Assembly (NCBI RefSeq): GCF_004010195.1 | Contig: NC_057719.1 | Location: 56,306,123-56,357,478, forward strand | Length of the DNA stretch: 51,356 nt | Source of the DNA: Chiloscyllium plagiosum | Lineage: Eukaryota | Direction of reading: 5' to 3' | Shown: positions 36,718-49,157 of the stretch, in pieces | How the letters are laid out: every line of letters starts with the position of its first letter | How positions within the stretch are numbered: the stretch's first letter is position 1 | Translations under genes and position numbers: made by a program | The notes under the pieces: model-generated | What the model saw: only the letters and a program-made list of their open reading frames with translations | What the model was told of the DNA's origin: nothing | Database searches by the model: none

Positions 36718-39700
36718 GAAAGTGACTTCCTTTGTCTTGATGGTGGTGATTATTACATCGAAAGTGAAGAAACTGATTCAGTTAGTGATGAATATGGGGA
36801 AAATTCAAACTCAGAAGAAATAAAATCCATATTAGGACATCAGTCTGAGTCCAACATAAACAGCCAGGATTACAAAGGTAATTCTGCTAAAGATGAACTT
36901 GTGGACAATTTAATTAATCTTTATAAAGAGCAGTTTCAAAGAACACATCATGCTGCAGATGATGCTGTTTTAGAGATGACACCTAGTAACGAACAAATTG
37001 AACCAAGTCTAGCAACTGATGTGATTGGACAAGTCAATGAGTTTCATTCAGCAGCTGATAATCTGAATCAATTAAATGAAGCAAGTGCCTCCAAACACAC
37101 AGATAACAATGAATTAAAATCAGAAACAGGTCCTGAATCTGTGTACAGTCAACACATTGCCCCAGAAAGTGAACTTTCAGGGCAGGAGATCAGAGAAAAA
37201 CCTGCTATCACATCTGAAAGCAACGAAGAATCTAAATTTCTGCAAGAAGCATCTAGTTGGATTGGATCTAGAATTAGCGGGTGGTTTGGTTCAAAAAACG
37301 ATCTGGATAAAAAGCCTGTGGAACTGATAAACACCTTTAAAAGTCGAAAAATTGCATTAGGTGATGCTGAAGATACTCCAGCATATGAAGCAATGGATGA
37401 TCAAATTAATGAGCATTTCAAGGACAAAGAAAACCTTGGTTCTGAAACTTCATCCTGGATTGGTGATTTGTCCAAATTGTTCAGCTTCACTAGTGATTCA
37501 CCAGAAGATGCTTTATCCAGTGATGATGATAAAAGTAGAGAAGAGCTTGAAAATATAAATTCATTTTCTGTTGATGATTCAACAGTCCCAAGTAAAAGTG
37601 AGATACCTAACCTGGAAAACAAAACACCTGACCTTTCAGTTCCAAGTGAAATAAAGCTACAATCTAGTAGTTCAGAGAAAATATCAAAAGATACCAGCAG
37701 AGCTACTCACAATTTAATGGATAATGATCAGTTGATATTTAATTATACGGACAAAGCATGGGCTGGTCAAACTGGTACAGGTGAGAATTCAGGCATATCC
37801 AAAGAAACAGAAAATGTTGGAGTAAAGAATCCAACAGATAAAGATGGATCAAAAACATGGTGGTTTGACTTTAATACTGCAAGGAAAACATTTAGATTTA
37901 ATGAAAACAATGGAGAGCAGACTTCCAAGACATCAGAAGGAACACAAGACAGTGCTGTTAACAAAGATTCTATAAGAGGCACTGATAGATCAAAACCATC
38001 ACCATGGTATCACTTTGGTTTGAGTGAGACATTCGGCTTTAGTCAAGGCAATGAGGATCAGTTGGCTTCCAATTTGCAAGAAGAAACAAAGAAATGTATC
38101 ACTGAAAGCAACAAAAACACAATGAATAGTGAATCTGAAGTTTGTTCTCCCATACTTGTAGTGGATCAAGCTCCAAGAGAAAGAGAGGCATTGATTGTTG
38201 ATTCATTAATAAATGAAGAACCAATCCACTATCCAGAAATAAATCTCTGTAAAATGGAGAATGATATTAATTGCCTCTCTGAAGACTTGCAACAGACTGC
38301 AAAGGAACCTGGGGTAATAAAAAGTGAAAACACTCAAAAGGTACATTCTACAAATAGTTTAGAAAATAGTTTCAGATTTGATGGCACAGCATCAAAGCTT
38401 AAAGATATTTGGAAACTAGAAGTTCAAAATCTACAAGAGCAACATTCAATGATGGATTCAAAATTGGTAGGAGATAATAAACCTTTGACTCAGAAAAGTA
38501 TCCATAAAGAACAATATCTGCAAGAACATTTAAAAATTCCTTCAGTAGTTAAACAATCTAACTCAGATTATATGAGGTCAATGACACATAAAGATCTACA
38601 AACTAAAGAAACATCACACAGTAAACACAATTTCTTGCACAGCCAGGATCTAATTTCATCAATAGGAGAATTTGGTGTTGAAAGTAAAGATCAAGCTTTA
38701 GAATTTGGACTGCATAAGGAAGAACAACATTTAACATTGGATCCTGAATTGCCGCCTACTGGAGATCGAAGTTCAGAAAGTACAGTCACAAACTCCGCAA
38801 AACCTTCAGCATTGGACAAATTACAGGCTGAAGAAACTTTACAACATAATTTAGTTTCTGATTCGGAATCAAATTTACTTCTTTCAAATGCTGCTAATTC
38901 TATGTCACAGAATACCTTACAGAATAAAGACAATTTTTCACAGGAAAACAAATTAATAAAGTCGGACTCCCAACAAATTACTGTGACAGATAGGGATCAA
39001 TATCCAGAAAAAGAATTGCCACATGAACAACTAATCTCACAACAGCAACATATTGAATCAACCATGGAACTGGAACAGCTTGGTATTTCAGATGAAAATA
39101 AGCTATTATCCCATACGCAAACTTTTAATGAACAGCAAACTTTAAATTCTGAATTTGATGAACTTACTACCTCTGGTCAAGATATTCCTTCTTCACAGAA
39201 TGAATTGGGGAACAAAGAATGCATCACAGAAGGAAAGCACATAACATCAGCAAAGCAGGAAATTTTAGATAATTATAATCCTTTATCACAGAATGAAAAA
39301 CAAGCATTAGAGGAAAGGCATCCATCAAGTTTGGTTGATAAGAAGATCACAGTTATAAATACCTATGGTCCTTCCTTAAAAGAACAAATGTGTGATGAAG
39401 CCCAGAGAGTACTGTCTCTTCAGCCAGCTTCAGATCCTACTCACACTTTGCCACAGGAAGAATTTTACAGTGGCAGCAACACCTTGCAACAACAAGCCCC
39501 AGTATCAGACTCTGAATCCAGTCAGTTTACTTTGGATCATGGTGAAGCTGAATTACGGCACTGTTTGCATGAAGAAGAGCATGTCTTCAAAGAGTGTCTG
39601 CCCATAAAACCTGAATCTAATCAGGCTGCTCCAGATATTGAGAAATCCCTTTTACTGAAAAAATGTGATGGGCAAGACTTGCAAGAATACCAAATAAGTT

Positions 39701-41116
39701 GTACTTCTGAATCTAACTGGCTTTCTGTCTCAGATCATAGTAAAAATGCATTGTCTGAAAAATTGCATGTGCATGAGGAAATTCTCCAGGCAAGTATTTT
39801 GACACTTCAACAGTCTGAAAAACATACTGATTCAGATAAAGATAGACTTCTGTTAAATGAAAAAATGAATGATAAACACCATGCTTTACAGACACAATGT
39901 ATAATTTCAGATTTAGCATTAAAACCGCTTACTACAATAGATAATACAGAATCCTTATTGCAAGACAAAAAACAAACTTTATCAGATCAGTTATCAAGTT
40001 CACAAGTTGAAGAGCTCACTGTTTCAAATGATGGCAAAACCTTGAAACAGGAAAACCCTTTCCATCAACAAAACAACATGGGAGATAAAATAACTTTAGA
40101 ATCAGAACAATCCGTTGTATTACATTCCACAGAGGAGTTATCACAAGAAGAAACAAAAGTAACCAAAGTTAATAGTAACACAACCTTACATAGTGAAAAA
40201 AGAAACAAGATGCATAAAACTAATGTGGAACTTGTGAATTCACTGCTTTCTGAGAATATGAATCTTACTGGAGTAAGTTTCAGTAGGGCTGAGGACACTG
40301 ATACTAAAGTTGAACCACAACTGATTATCAAGGAAACAAGGACAGTTGAAACAAATGACAACCATAGAGAGATTAAGAATACAATAAGTGAAAAAGCAAC
40401 ACAACCATTGATTGATCCTATAACCCCAAACCTGTGGGAAGAAAAAACATTGAGTGATTCTGAAGAGCTGTCAGATATCTCCACTCCTAAAAGTCTATAT
40501 ACAAGTCAGTTAAGCACAACAGTAATGCCTAATCCAGATGGTGCCAATGAAAATATAAATCCAGCTATTTCTGCAAGTGCTGAAAATGAACATAGAACAA
40601 GACATGTGACTGATGAAGAAATAACAATAGTGAGAGATGTTGAATTCAGTGATGACCAAACCAGCAGTTCCTCATTCTGGGGAAGGCAGTCACCTTTAGA
40701 AGAAGTAAATAAACCATTTGAAAAACTCAGAGTAAGGCATACATCATCTGACATCTTAAACCTAAATAGTAATCTTAAATTATTAAAAAAGCAAATGGGT
40801 ATTGCTCATCTGCAGCATTTGGAAAGATGTTTTGATAAAACAAAGCTCTTATGGTTGGAAGAAATTCTTGAACAGTTAGAGAATGAGAATTGCAATAATG
40901 GTTTTAATAACATTCTCCAAAAAGTGAACACTTTTGAAGATAGTTTCTGGCAAAACAAAGACTTCACATGTGACAAGAATGATGCAAACATTGAATATAT
41001 AATGATTGAAAGACAACATGATGAAGATACAGAGATGTTTCAAAAGCTACAAGATATCCTAACTGCCATCAAAATGAAATGCACCTCAAATATCTCTAGT
41101 TCAAGCACCATTGAAG
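36718..41116 (+). CDS. MIA2: MIA2 giant coding exon 4 (4399 bp; ESDFLCL... acidic, mostly disordered luminal region)
   Basis: Acceptor ttttatttttccccag. Begins ESDFLCL, the end of the MIA domain as in human MIA2. In frame with the 1408-aa ORF, with no stop in 36718-36900. FKSRKIA and W-x-G/WFDF motifs resemble human MIA2. Donor AAG|GTATTG at 41117 is phase 1 and compatible with the next exon. Confidence 0.9.
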
Positions 41117-41409
41117 GTATTGGATAATAAGTTAATGGGAATGATGCAATTTCGAACAAACATCTTTGTATGTTTTTTAAGGAAAAGAGATCAAATACTT
41201 TTCAAATGTATATTTAATTTATATTTTGGAAAATTTCATTTGCACATTGTTAGCACTGTAAAAGGGCCACGCATCAATTTCAGTTGAGGAAAACACAATC
41301 ACTTGCAGTGCTCCATCACTGATTCACTCTCACCTACAATAGTGATTTTTCTTTTCAGTTTCTCAAATCAGGCATTCTTGCATCTTTCTGTGTAATTTAC
41401 ATTGCCAGG

Positions 41410-42380
41410 AAGGTGATGGTGTAATGGTTCTGTCACTGGACTAGTAAATACAGGAGAGAACAATAGCAAATCCAGCCGTCTTGACCCTACAAAATTCTCC
41501 TTACTAATACCTTGGGCCCTGTTGACTTAGTCAAGCTACATCGTGACATGTCACATTCACGCAATGATACCTTACGGACAATATCAAAGACACCACCATC
41601 TCTGGGTATGCCCTGACACAGCAGAAAGATAGACTGACCAAAGGTAGTGGCACAGTCTGGAGGAAGTTGCCCTGGAAGTTCTCAATATTGACTGTTGAAG
41701 CCATGAAGTCTCATGACATCAGGTCAATAAACCATGGTCAGTTAATCTTCCTTCTGATTACCACGAACAAACTCCTCCATGGATGAATCAATATTTCTCC
41801 GTGTTAAACACCACTTTGGAGGAAACTGGGGGTGGCAATGGCACAAAATGCACTCTGGATGAGGGACTTCAGTGTCTATCGGTAGCTCAGTTGTCCCACT
41901 ACACACTGAATTAATAGAGTCCGATACAATGTTGCAGCAAGACCAGGTATGCAGCTGTTGCTGACTAAACCCTCAAGAGGGAAAAACATACTTGACCTGA
42001 TCCTCACCAATCTGCCAATGCAGATTGACAGTATCCTTGAAGTATCAATCATAGAGTACTTGTGGAGATAGAGTCCTGTCACCACATCAAGGATATCCTC
42101 TATTACATTAAAGTCAGAAGTACACGACACCAGGTTAGAGTCCATCGATTTATTCCATGTGATATCAAGAAACGGCTGAGGGCACTGGATACTGCAAGGG
42201 TTTGGGCCCTGACAACATTCGGATAATGTTACTGTACACTGGTGTTCCAGACCTAGCCAGGCCCCTAGCCAAGCGGTTCCAGTACCACTGAAACACTAGT
42301 TCCTGCCTAACAATGTGGAAAATTGTCCAGGAATGTCCATGTACTTAAAAAGCAAGACAAATCCAACCCAGCCAATCACA
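41410..42380 (+). mobile_element. Second fragmentary copy of the tRNA-headed APE LINE
   Basis: Shares the head (tgtcactggactagt), gaaaaacatacttgacctgatcctcacc and tgatatcaagaaacggctgagggcactggata with 25540-27250. Confidence 0.7.
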
Positions 42381-44392
42381 CAAGCACATTTTTAAGCATT
42401 AATCGGACACAGGAAATTTGAGAAGAAAATTCCCCTACCATTTTTCCAGAACTTGATGGGAATGCTGTCTTTGTAAGCACAACCAAGATTAGCTCGCTGA
42501 ATCCAAGCTAGCAATTGGAATCTGGACGTTCATCGTTATTGCTTACTAACACTACATCCTGAGCTTTGGGCATGGCATGCTTAATAACTTACTGCAGTGC
42601 AAAACTACTTGCAAATATTTGAGTTTTTATATTATTCATGAAATTCAAGTTGTTGTTTATTGCACTGTGAAAAGATTAATACATGGTCTCAGAACAAACA
42701 GCCATTCTATAAACAGTGTGAGTTACAGTTGCCCATAGAAAAGGCAATATGGTACAACAAAATGCTCATTTTGAAATATATTATATTCCTTCTCTCTTAA
42801 ATATATAATATATTAAATGTAAAGGTACAAAAGTTCCCAGAAAGCAGTATAACTAAATCATACCTGAACATTTAGCAGATTGGTTTGCAAACTCATTTTA
42901 CTATAATCAAAATTACTACCAGAGTAATTTACATGTTTGAAGAATGTTCTTTCCTAAACAACAGTATGTGTTTCACAAAATACTATTATTTGACAATCAA
43001 TAATGGAAAGAACACTCTTTTATTCTTTCTTCTAATAAACTTTTTAATTAGTATCCTTCCATTTCCATTAGCTTGTCTCTGCTCTCTTAGCATCTCTGAC
43101 TGTGCCAAGCCTGAACTTTGACTTTGACTATTAGTCTGCATAATAGTTGGGATTGTGACATTGATTGATTTTAATCAAAAACCCTGATTAACTTTGCTGT
43201 GCTGTTGGATTCTATTATCCCCACAAGCTCTCAGTTCCTTTGTGACTCATTTTCTTTTCGACTTTCCCTTTCTGAGGAAATGGGATTTTTGGAGGTTTTC
43301 CATGCTTTCTTTTGTCAGTTTTCCTCTTTTAAGCAAAAGATCTACTGTCACTGACTCTGATGGAGTCTGTCTATAATATGAATGCTAGTCTCCTTACAAC
43401 AATTCCAATCACAAACTTCTTATCATCTCAATTGCTTTTCACCACTACCTTCTGACCAAGCATTAGCTGTCTGTAAGTTTCACACAGGTGTATTAGGACA
43501 CATCTTCACTTTATCTTGCTTTTCTCTTGCTATGAGACTTAAACAAACTAAACTTGGTCCTAGAAATGTTTTTAAACACTCAATCATAGTGAGCAATCTC
43601 TTGTAGATTGTGGGGAATCGTTTCAAGAGAACAGAAAATTGTCCAGCCGGTGCTGAAGAGACACGTTGTCTAGTTGATCCTAGCAAATACTAGCAAATGC
43701 TTCTATTTGACTGAGCTGCTGACTGAAAATCTTTAATATTGTACTGATGGTTCATTTATAATTTTTACTCAAAAACCATGTTATACTCTTTTAGCACTTC
43801 CTCATTGATGATCATTCACTTACCAATGCTTACCATCACGAACGTATCTCAGTTTAAACATATTTTCTTAACTATAGCTGGAAAAAGACACTACGTGAGG
43901 ATGACGTATCTTAAACTTGAGCATATTCTGGAAACTACATGCAATATACAGGCTTTCTGTTCTTTGCAGAAATAAAGCACACACCATGCACCTGTTTCCA
44001 CTCACTGAAATAACTGATGGCCATTCTCTGGTCAATCAGAGTCAACCTGCTTGGTTTAAAAGTTAAACAAAACTTGGCAGTTAACTGTCATGTAGTCATC
44101 TAACTAGGGCATTCCTCATATCAACACCTCTACCAATCAGAGTCCACTTGCCAACCAATCAACATTCTTCGCTTATAAAAGATAAATCTTTCCACTCTAC
44201 TTTGATATTTCTTCTGAATTGTCCTGATAACTGCACAATGAAAGCATTTGGGATTTTTAAATATTATTTATTCAAGGGATGTGGAATTTACTAGCTGGGT
44301 CAGCATCATTGTTCTTCTTTAGTTATCCTACAGTAGATCATGGTGAGTTGCATTTTTAACTATTGTAGTCCAAACAGTGTAGTTATACCCAT

Positions 44393-45159
44393 AGTATTGC
44401 TGCATTTTGGAAAGGCAAATCAGGGCTCGACTTTTATACTTAATGGTATGGTCATGGGAGTGTTGCTGAAAAAAGAGACCTTGGAGTGCAGGTTCATAGT
44501 TCATTGAAAGTGAAGTCTCAGGTCGATAGAATAGTGAAGAAGGCTTTTGGTGTGCTTGCATTGGTCAGTGCATTGAATATGGGATGTCGTGTTGCAGCTG
44601 TTTAGGCCACTTTTGGAATACTGCATGCATTTCTAATCTTCCTGCTATAGGAAGGATATTGTGAAACTTGAACGGGTTTGGAAAAGATTTACAAGTATGT
44701 TGCCAGGATTAGAGGGTTTCACCTACAGGGAGAGGTTGAATAGGCTGGGGTTATTTTCCCTGGAACATTGGAGGATGAGAGGTGACCATATAGATGTTTA
44801 TAAAATCATGTGAGGCATGGATAGGGTAAATAGACAAGGTTTTTTCCCTGGTGTGGGGGCATCCAAAACTAAAGGGATAGGTTTAAGATGAGAGGGGAAG
44901 GATTTAAAAGGGACCTAAGGTGCAATGTTTTCATGCAGAGGGTGGTGCATGCTTGGAATGAGCTGCCAGAGGAAGTGGTGGAGGCTGGTACAATTACAAC
45001 ATTTAAAAGGCATTTGGATTGGGTATATGAATAGGAAGGGTTTAGAGAGATTTGGGCCAAGTGCTGGCAAATGGGACTAGACTAATTTAGCATATCTGGT
45101 CAGCAGGGACAAGTTGGATCGAAGGGTTTGTTTCAATGCTATACATCTCTATAACTCTA
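44393..45159 (+). mobile_element. CR1 LINE 3' fragment
   Basis: ctgcattttggaaag...gagctgccagaggaagtggtggaggctggtaca...ctctataactct; same family as 10290-12080. Confidence 0.87.
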
Positions 45160-45555
45160 CTATGCTGCCTGACCTGTTGCGCTTTTCCAGCAACACATTT
45201 TTAAGCTTTGATCTCCAGCATCTGCAGTCCTCACTTTCTATGGTTAGGAAGACAGATTCAGGATTTTGATAGAGAAAAATTCAAGTAACAGCAATATATT
45301 TTTAAGTCATGATGGTGACTCTCCTCTAGTATTTCCAATAGCAAATAGCAGGAGGCATTGTCGTATTTTACGCTAACAGTAACTTGAACTAACACTAGAA
45401 TAATTGGAATAACTTGGTCGGTTTCACACAAGTTTTGATTAATGGACTATGAATTTTTATATTCTTCTGAGATAACAGACAGTGCTGCTGCTGTATCAAT
45501 GAAGAAACAAGTTGTAAATCTCAGACTTTAAGTCTTATTGCCTACATTATTATTA

Positions 45556-45745
45556 TGTGGAGGTGCTGGTGTTGGACTGGGGTGGACAAAGTTAAAAATC
45601 ACACAACACCAGGTTATATTCCAACAGGTTTATTTGGAAGTACTAGCTTCCAGACCGCTGCTCCTTCATCAGGTAACTAGTTGAGCAGGGTCATAAGACA
45701 CAGAATTTAAAGCAAAAGATCTCAATGTCATGCTATTAAAATTGT
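45556..45745 (-). mobile_element. Penelope-type 3' end with a degenerate hammerhead
   Basis: Minus strand TAC-CTGATGA-AGGAGCAGCGGTCT-GGAAG-CTA-GTA (45641-45675); tail shared with 390-500. Confidence 0.7.
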
Positions 45746-47011
45746 ATATTGAATAATTTGAACAATTTGCAGGAAACATTGGTTAGATACACCTCAAAAG
45801 CATAGGCTTTACTGCGATGAGAAAAACATTTACTTTATTCTCATCTCCTATTTTATTCTCATCTCCTATTTTATTCATTTTCTGCCAAATGTGAAACCTT
45901 GGCTTGGAATTACATCAGTCCTGTTTGTTAAATTTGAATTCCCCTATTGCTCTTAAGTAACTTAAGTCTCTTCAACTAAGTACAGAGAAGTTAAACATGA
46001 TGCGTACATTGTGCAATCTTTCAAATTGCTCAAACTTCCTCAGAGTTAACTTTAGGTGTTCCAAAGATGTGTTACAATGTTCTCCAGTCCTTAATTTCTC
46101 AACCGAAATACAATAGAAAATTTCTACCCAGCATCATAATCATCTTTGAGATAAGATTCAGGAGTGGATTTACAGTAAGCAATCATGACACAAACAATTT
46201 CATTTACACTTTCCAACATAAAAGGCAATCTAGCAAGCTTAGAACTTGCAATATACCACACACACATTTAAATAACACCATATTCAGAAGAATGTATTGG
46301 TCTCTCATGGTTGTAAAATACAATGGAGCAGTGATGTGCAATGCAGTGGTGTCTCACAGGTCTAATTCTAAACTTATATGCATATCAATATTGCCAAGGA
46401 GACAATCATTTCCTTGTTCGATGGGAGGCAAGTCAGAAATGGCATTTCCCAGTCTATTCTAAAGCTGGGTTTGGTGTGGCTCAATGTCATACTTTGTGGT
46501 AATGCTCTTTGAGGTGACTTGAGATGTTTTGTTATGCTAAAAGTGTCAATGAATTTACATTGATTTTGCTGATGGAATGGTAAAAATCCAAAGTGCCCTG
46601 CTTGATCTCTCAACCCAAAAATGATGCATCAATTTAGAGTCAAACGGAGAGAAAATTCAAAGTATAGAGAATAAACAGTCTTTGGAAGAAAACAGAAATG
46701 TTGTATTAGCATAATTAAGTTTTCATGAATTAAGAGTTTTTAGATGTCAGTTTTATGTTATCATGCTTCCTACAATAATTGATCCTCCCCAATTTTCCAG
46801 TGTTTGCGAAACAATGCATTAATTTGAACTGTTTTGTTTGTCTCAAAAATTCTAATCCAAAAATAATATTTATCCCTAATTCATGATGTGCATCACAATC
46901 TCTGCTAGCATTTTTGATATCAGTTTTCAGGCCATCAAAATCAGAGAGTCATTTCTTCATACCACTACAGAATACTAGAGACAACAAGTACTTTAAATCT
47001 TTATTTTACAG

Positions 47012-47413
47012 ATGCTTTCAGTTCTGGAGATATTTTGAAGGCTGGTGTTACAAATAATGAGCCAATTTCAGATATTTCTCGTGAGAATGGTCACACTAAC
47101 AAAGATATCCAGGAGCAGAAGACAGCCAAAGATATTACTTCAGAAGTTACAGAGACACCAACATTGGAAATGCCTCTGTTAAACTTATCAGAAAAAATAC
47201 CAGATTTGGAGAAAGCAGCTGTCAAAACTATGATGGAAACTAAGTTAGGAAATCAAATACAGAAAAAGTCACATGATATTAAGACAGAGGAAAGAATTTA
47301 TGACAAAATAGAAGAGAAAATGGCATCCTCATCTTTGAATAAAGATTTTGAGGTTAAAAAATCATCAGGAATCATCAATTCAAAAATCAAAGTTGCAAGT
47401 GAAAATAATAATG
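47012..47413 (+). CDS. MIA2: MIA2 probable coding exon 5 (DAFSSGDILKAGVTNNEP...KVASENNN)
   Basis: Acceptor ctttattttacag; donor G|GTAAGC; 402 bp, symmetric phase 1/1; open Lys/Glu-rich frame with the same codon character as exon 4. Confidence 0.8.
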
Positions 47414-47514
47414 GTAAGCGTAAAGAATGAAACCTATTGGTGTACATGATTTTATATGAAGTCTAAAGACAATTTGAATTATTTTACTTTATTATTTAAT
47501 TTTGTTCTTAACAG

Positions 47515-47618
47515 AATATAAGCCGAGTGTCAAGAATATAGATTTCCACAAAGTAGCCAGTGTGTTTGACCTTGATTTCCAGGCTATCCAGATAGCAACT
47601 GACCAGTTCATCAACAAT
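47515..47618 (+). CDS. MIA2: MIA2 probable coding exon 6 (EYKPSVKNIDFHKVASVFDLDFQAIQIATDQFINN)
   Basis: Acceptor ttttgttcttaacag after a 101-bp intron; donor T|GTAAGT; phase 1/0, consistent with joining the phase-0 transmembrane exon expected downstream. Confidence 0.75.
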
Positions 47619-49157
47619 GTAAGTAACACTTCATATCGTGATGCACAAAGAGCTGGGGCTACAACTTCAGTGCTTCTGTTGCATATTGTTTCATTCAAAT
47701 ATATATATATTTAATTTCCTTTAATTTTAGAACTTACAAGTTTTTGTTTTTTTCCCCTCTCTCTACTCACCTTTCCTATTTTGCTTTATACTTGAGTAAG
47801 ATGCTACTGACGCAGTAACTTATTCAGTTGCTCACCTATCACATCTGAGCCTTGGCATTTACCAACAAAACCACTCAAATCTAATCTGTCCACACAACAT
47901 CCAAAAACATGGCAAATGTTAAAGGTTTGAGGAGCAACTGAAAACAAGGGATTCTGGAGAGGCAGTGATTTAGGGAGAAAATTCTAGTGTTTATGACCAA
48001 GGCATTCGAAGACATGGCTACTGAGGGTGGAACAATTAACATTAAGTTGTGCAAGAGACTAGAATTGAAGATATTTCCACACGTTTTTAGAGCTGAAGAG
48101 GTTTAAAATCAGTGTTTATGGATTGCAAAACAACCAGTCATGAGAACATTGAAGTAGTCAAGTTTCAAGATGACAAAAGCATAAATCAGCGTTTTGACAG
48201 TAGATATGCTGAAGGGGCAGGGAAATGCAATAAATTGGAGCTGTAGGTATTGCCTTTGCAATGGAGTATCATCTTATTTAACCCTGAGCACTTGTTCAAT
48301 CTCATATCCATTCCATCACCAATACCATAGCTCTTATAGGATTAGGGAAAATTTATTTATTTCAAGTATTGTGGACTTTGGAGTTTATTTTCAGCAAGGC
48401 TATCACATGACTGGTGATAACTACTGGCTTTGCTGTAAGTTCCTGCTGAAGCTGTTTTGAAAGATGACTGGCTTGAAGAGGTTCTTGTTTTATCTGGTTC
48501 AGTTGGAAGAAAGCATACTAAGAAGCAGTTACTCAGCTGGTCTTTCCAATTTCTAAAAAAAAAATACTCTTCAGTTAAGGATGACACTTATTTGGTCTTT
48601 TGAAAGAGTGATTGAATAAACATCTCAAGATTGAGTATAGCTGAAAAAAGACACATTTTTGTCAAAGCATTGTGAATTAGTTATGCTGTGTGAGCACTGG
48701 TGGGTTGGCATGTAGCCTCTGTTCACTAGTTAGTAATGAATGACAGATAACTGTTAAGTTTTGTCTGAATTGTAAACAAGGCATTGACTCGTGAATTCTC
48801 CATGACAATGCCTCTACCAAGAAGAGGCCACGTGCCAACCTACCAGTGCTTATACAGTATATCACATTTTTCCCTTGACTTTGGACAATTCTTGAGGATT
48901 GGTGAATACCTCGCCCTGAGAAATAAGCTGGAGAATGGCTCTTGTTCTATTTTATTGAAATGGGCAGTGGCTTTCCATCTGTAAAGAACTGGACACCATG
49001 AATTAATGTATGAAGCTTCCAATACACTCAAGTACACCATACAGTGAGGTCAAATGATAATCCTTAATAATAATTGGTTGTTAGCATATTCAGCATTATG
49101 TAAAAAATGCTGTTCAATTGCAGAGGTGTATCTAATATTAGGCAATATTGTGAGTTT

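Noticed and set aside
36901..41127. 1408-aa ORF as a stand-alone novel intronless gene
   Set aside because: It starts at a GTG inside a longer open frame that begins at the 36718 splice acceptor and completes the MIA domain (ESDFLCL); it is MIA2 exon 4.
45834..45876. 18-bp direct repeat (about 2.3 copies), and short poly-A/poly-C runs elsewhere
   Set aside because: Ordinary slippage duplications with no spacers; nothing CRISPR-like.
24098..47618. Calling the gene MIA3/TANGO1 because of its size
   Set aside because: ESDFLCL, FKSRKIA, the WFDF-type motifs and adjacency to PNN all fit MIA2.
48395..48434. Possible 40-bp exon (ttttcag...T|GTAAGT) after MIA2 exon 6
   Set aside because: It would shift the frame and shows no similarity to the expected LP..RP....G.PW transmembrane exon; no such exon was found in 47619-51356.
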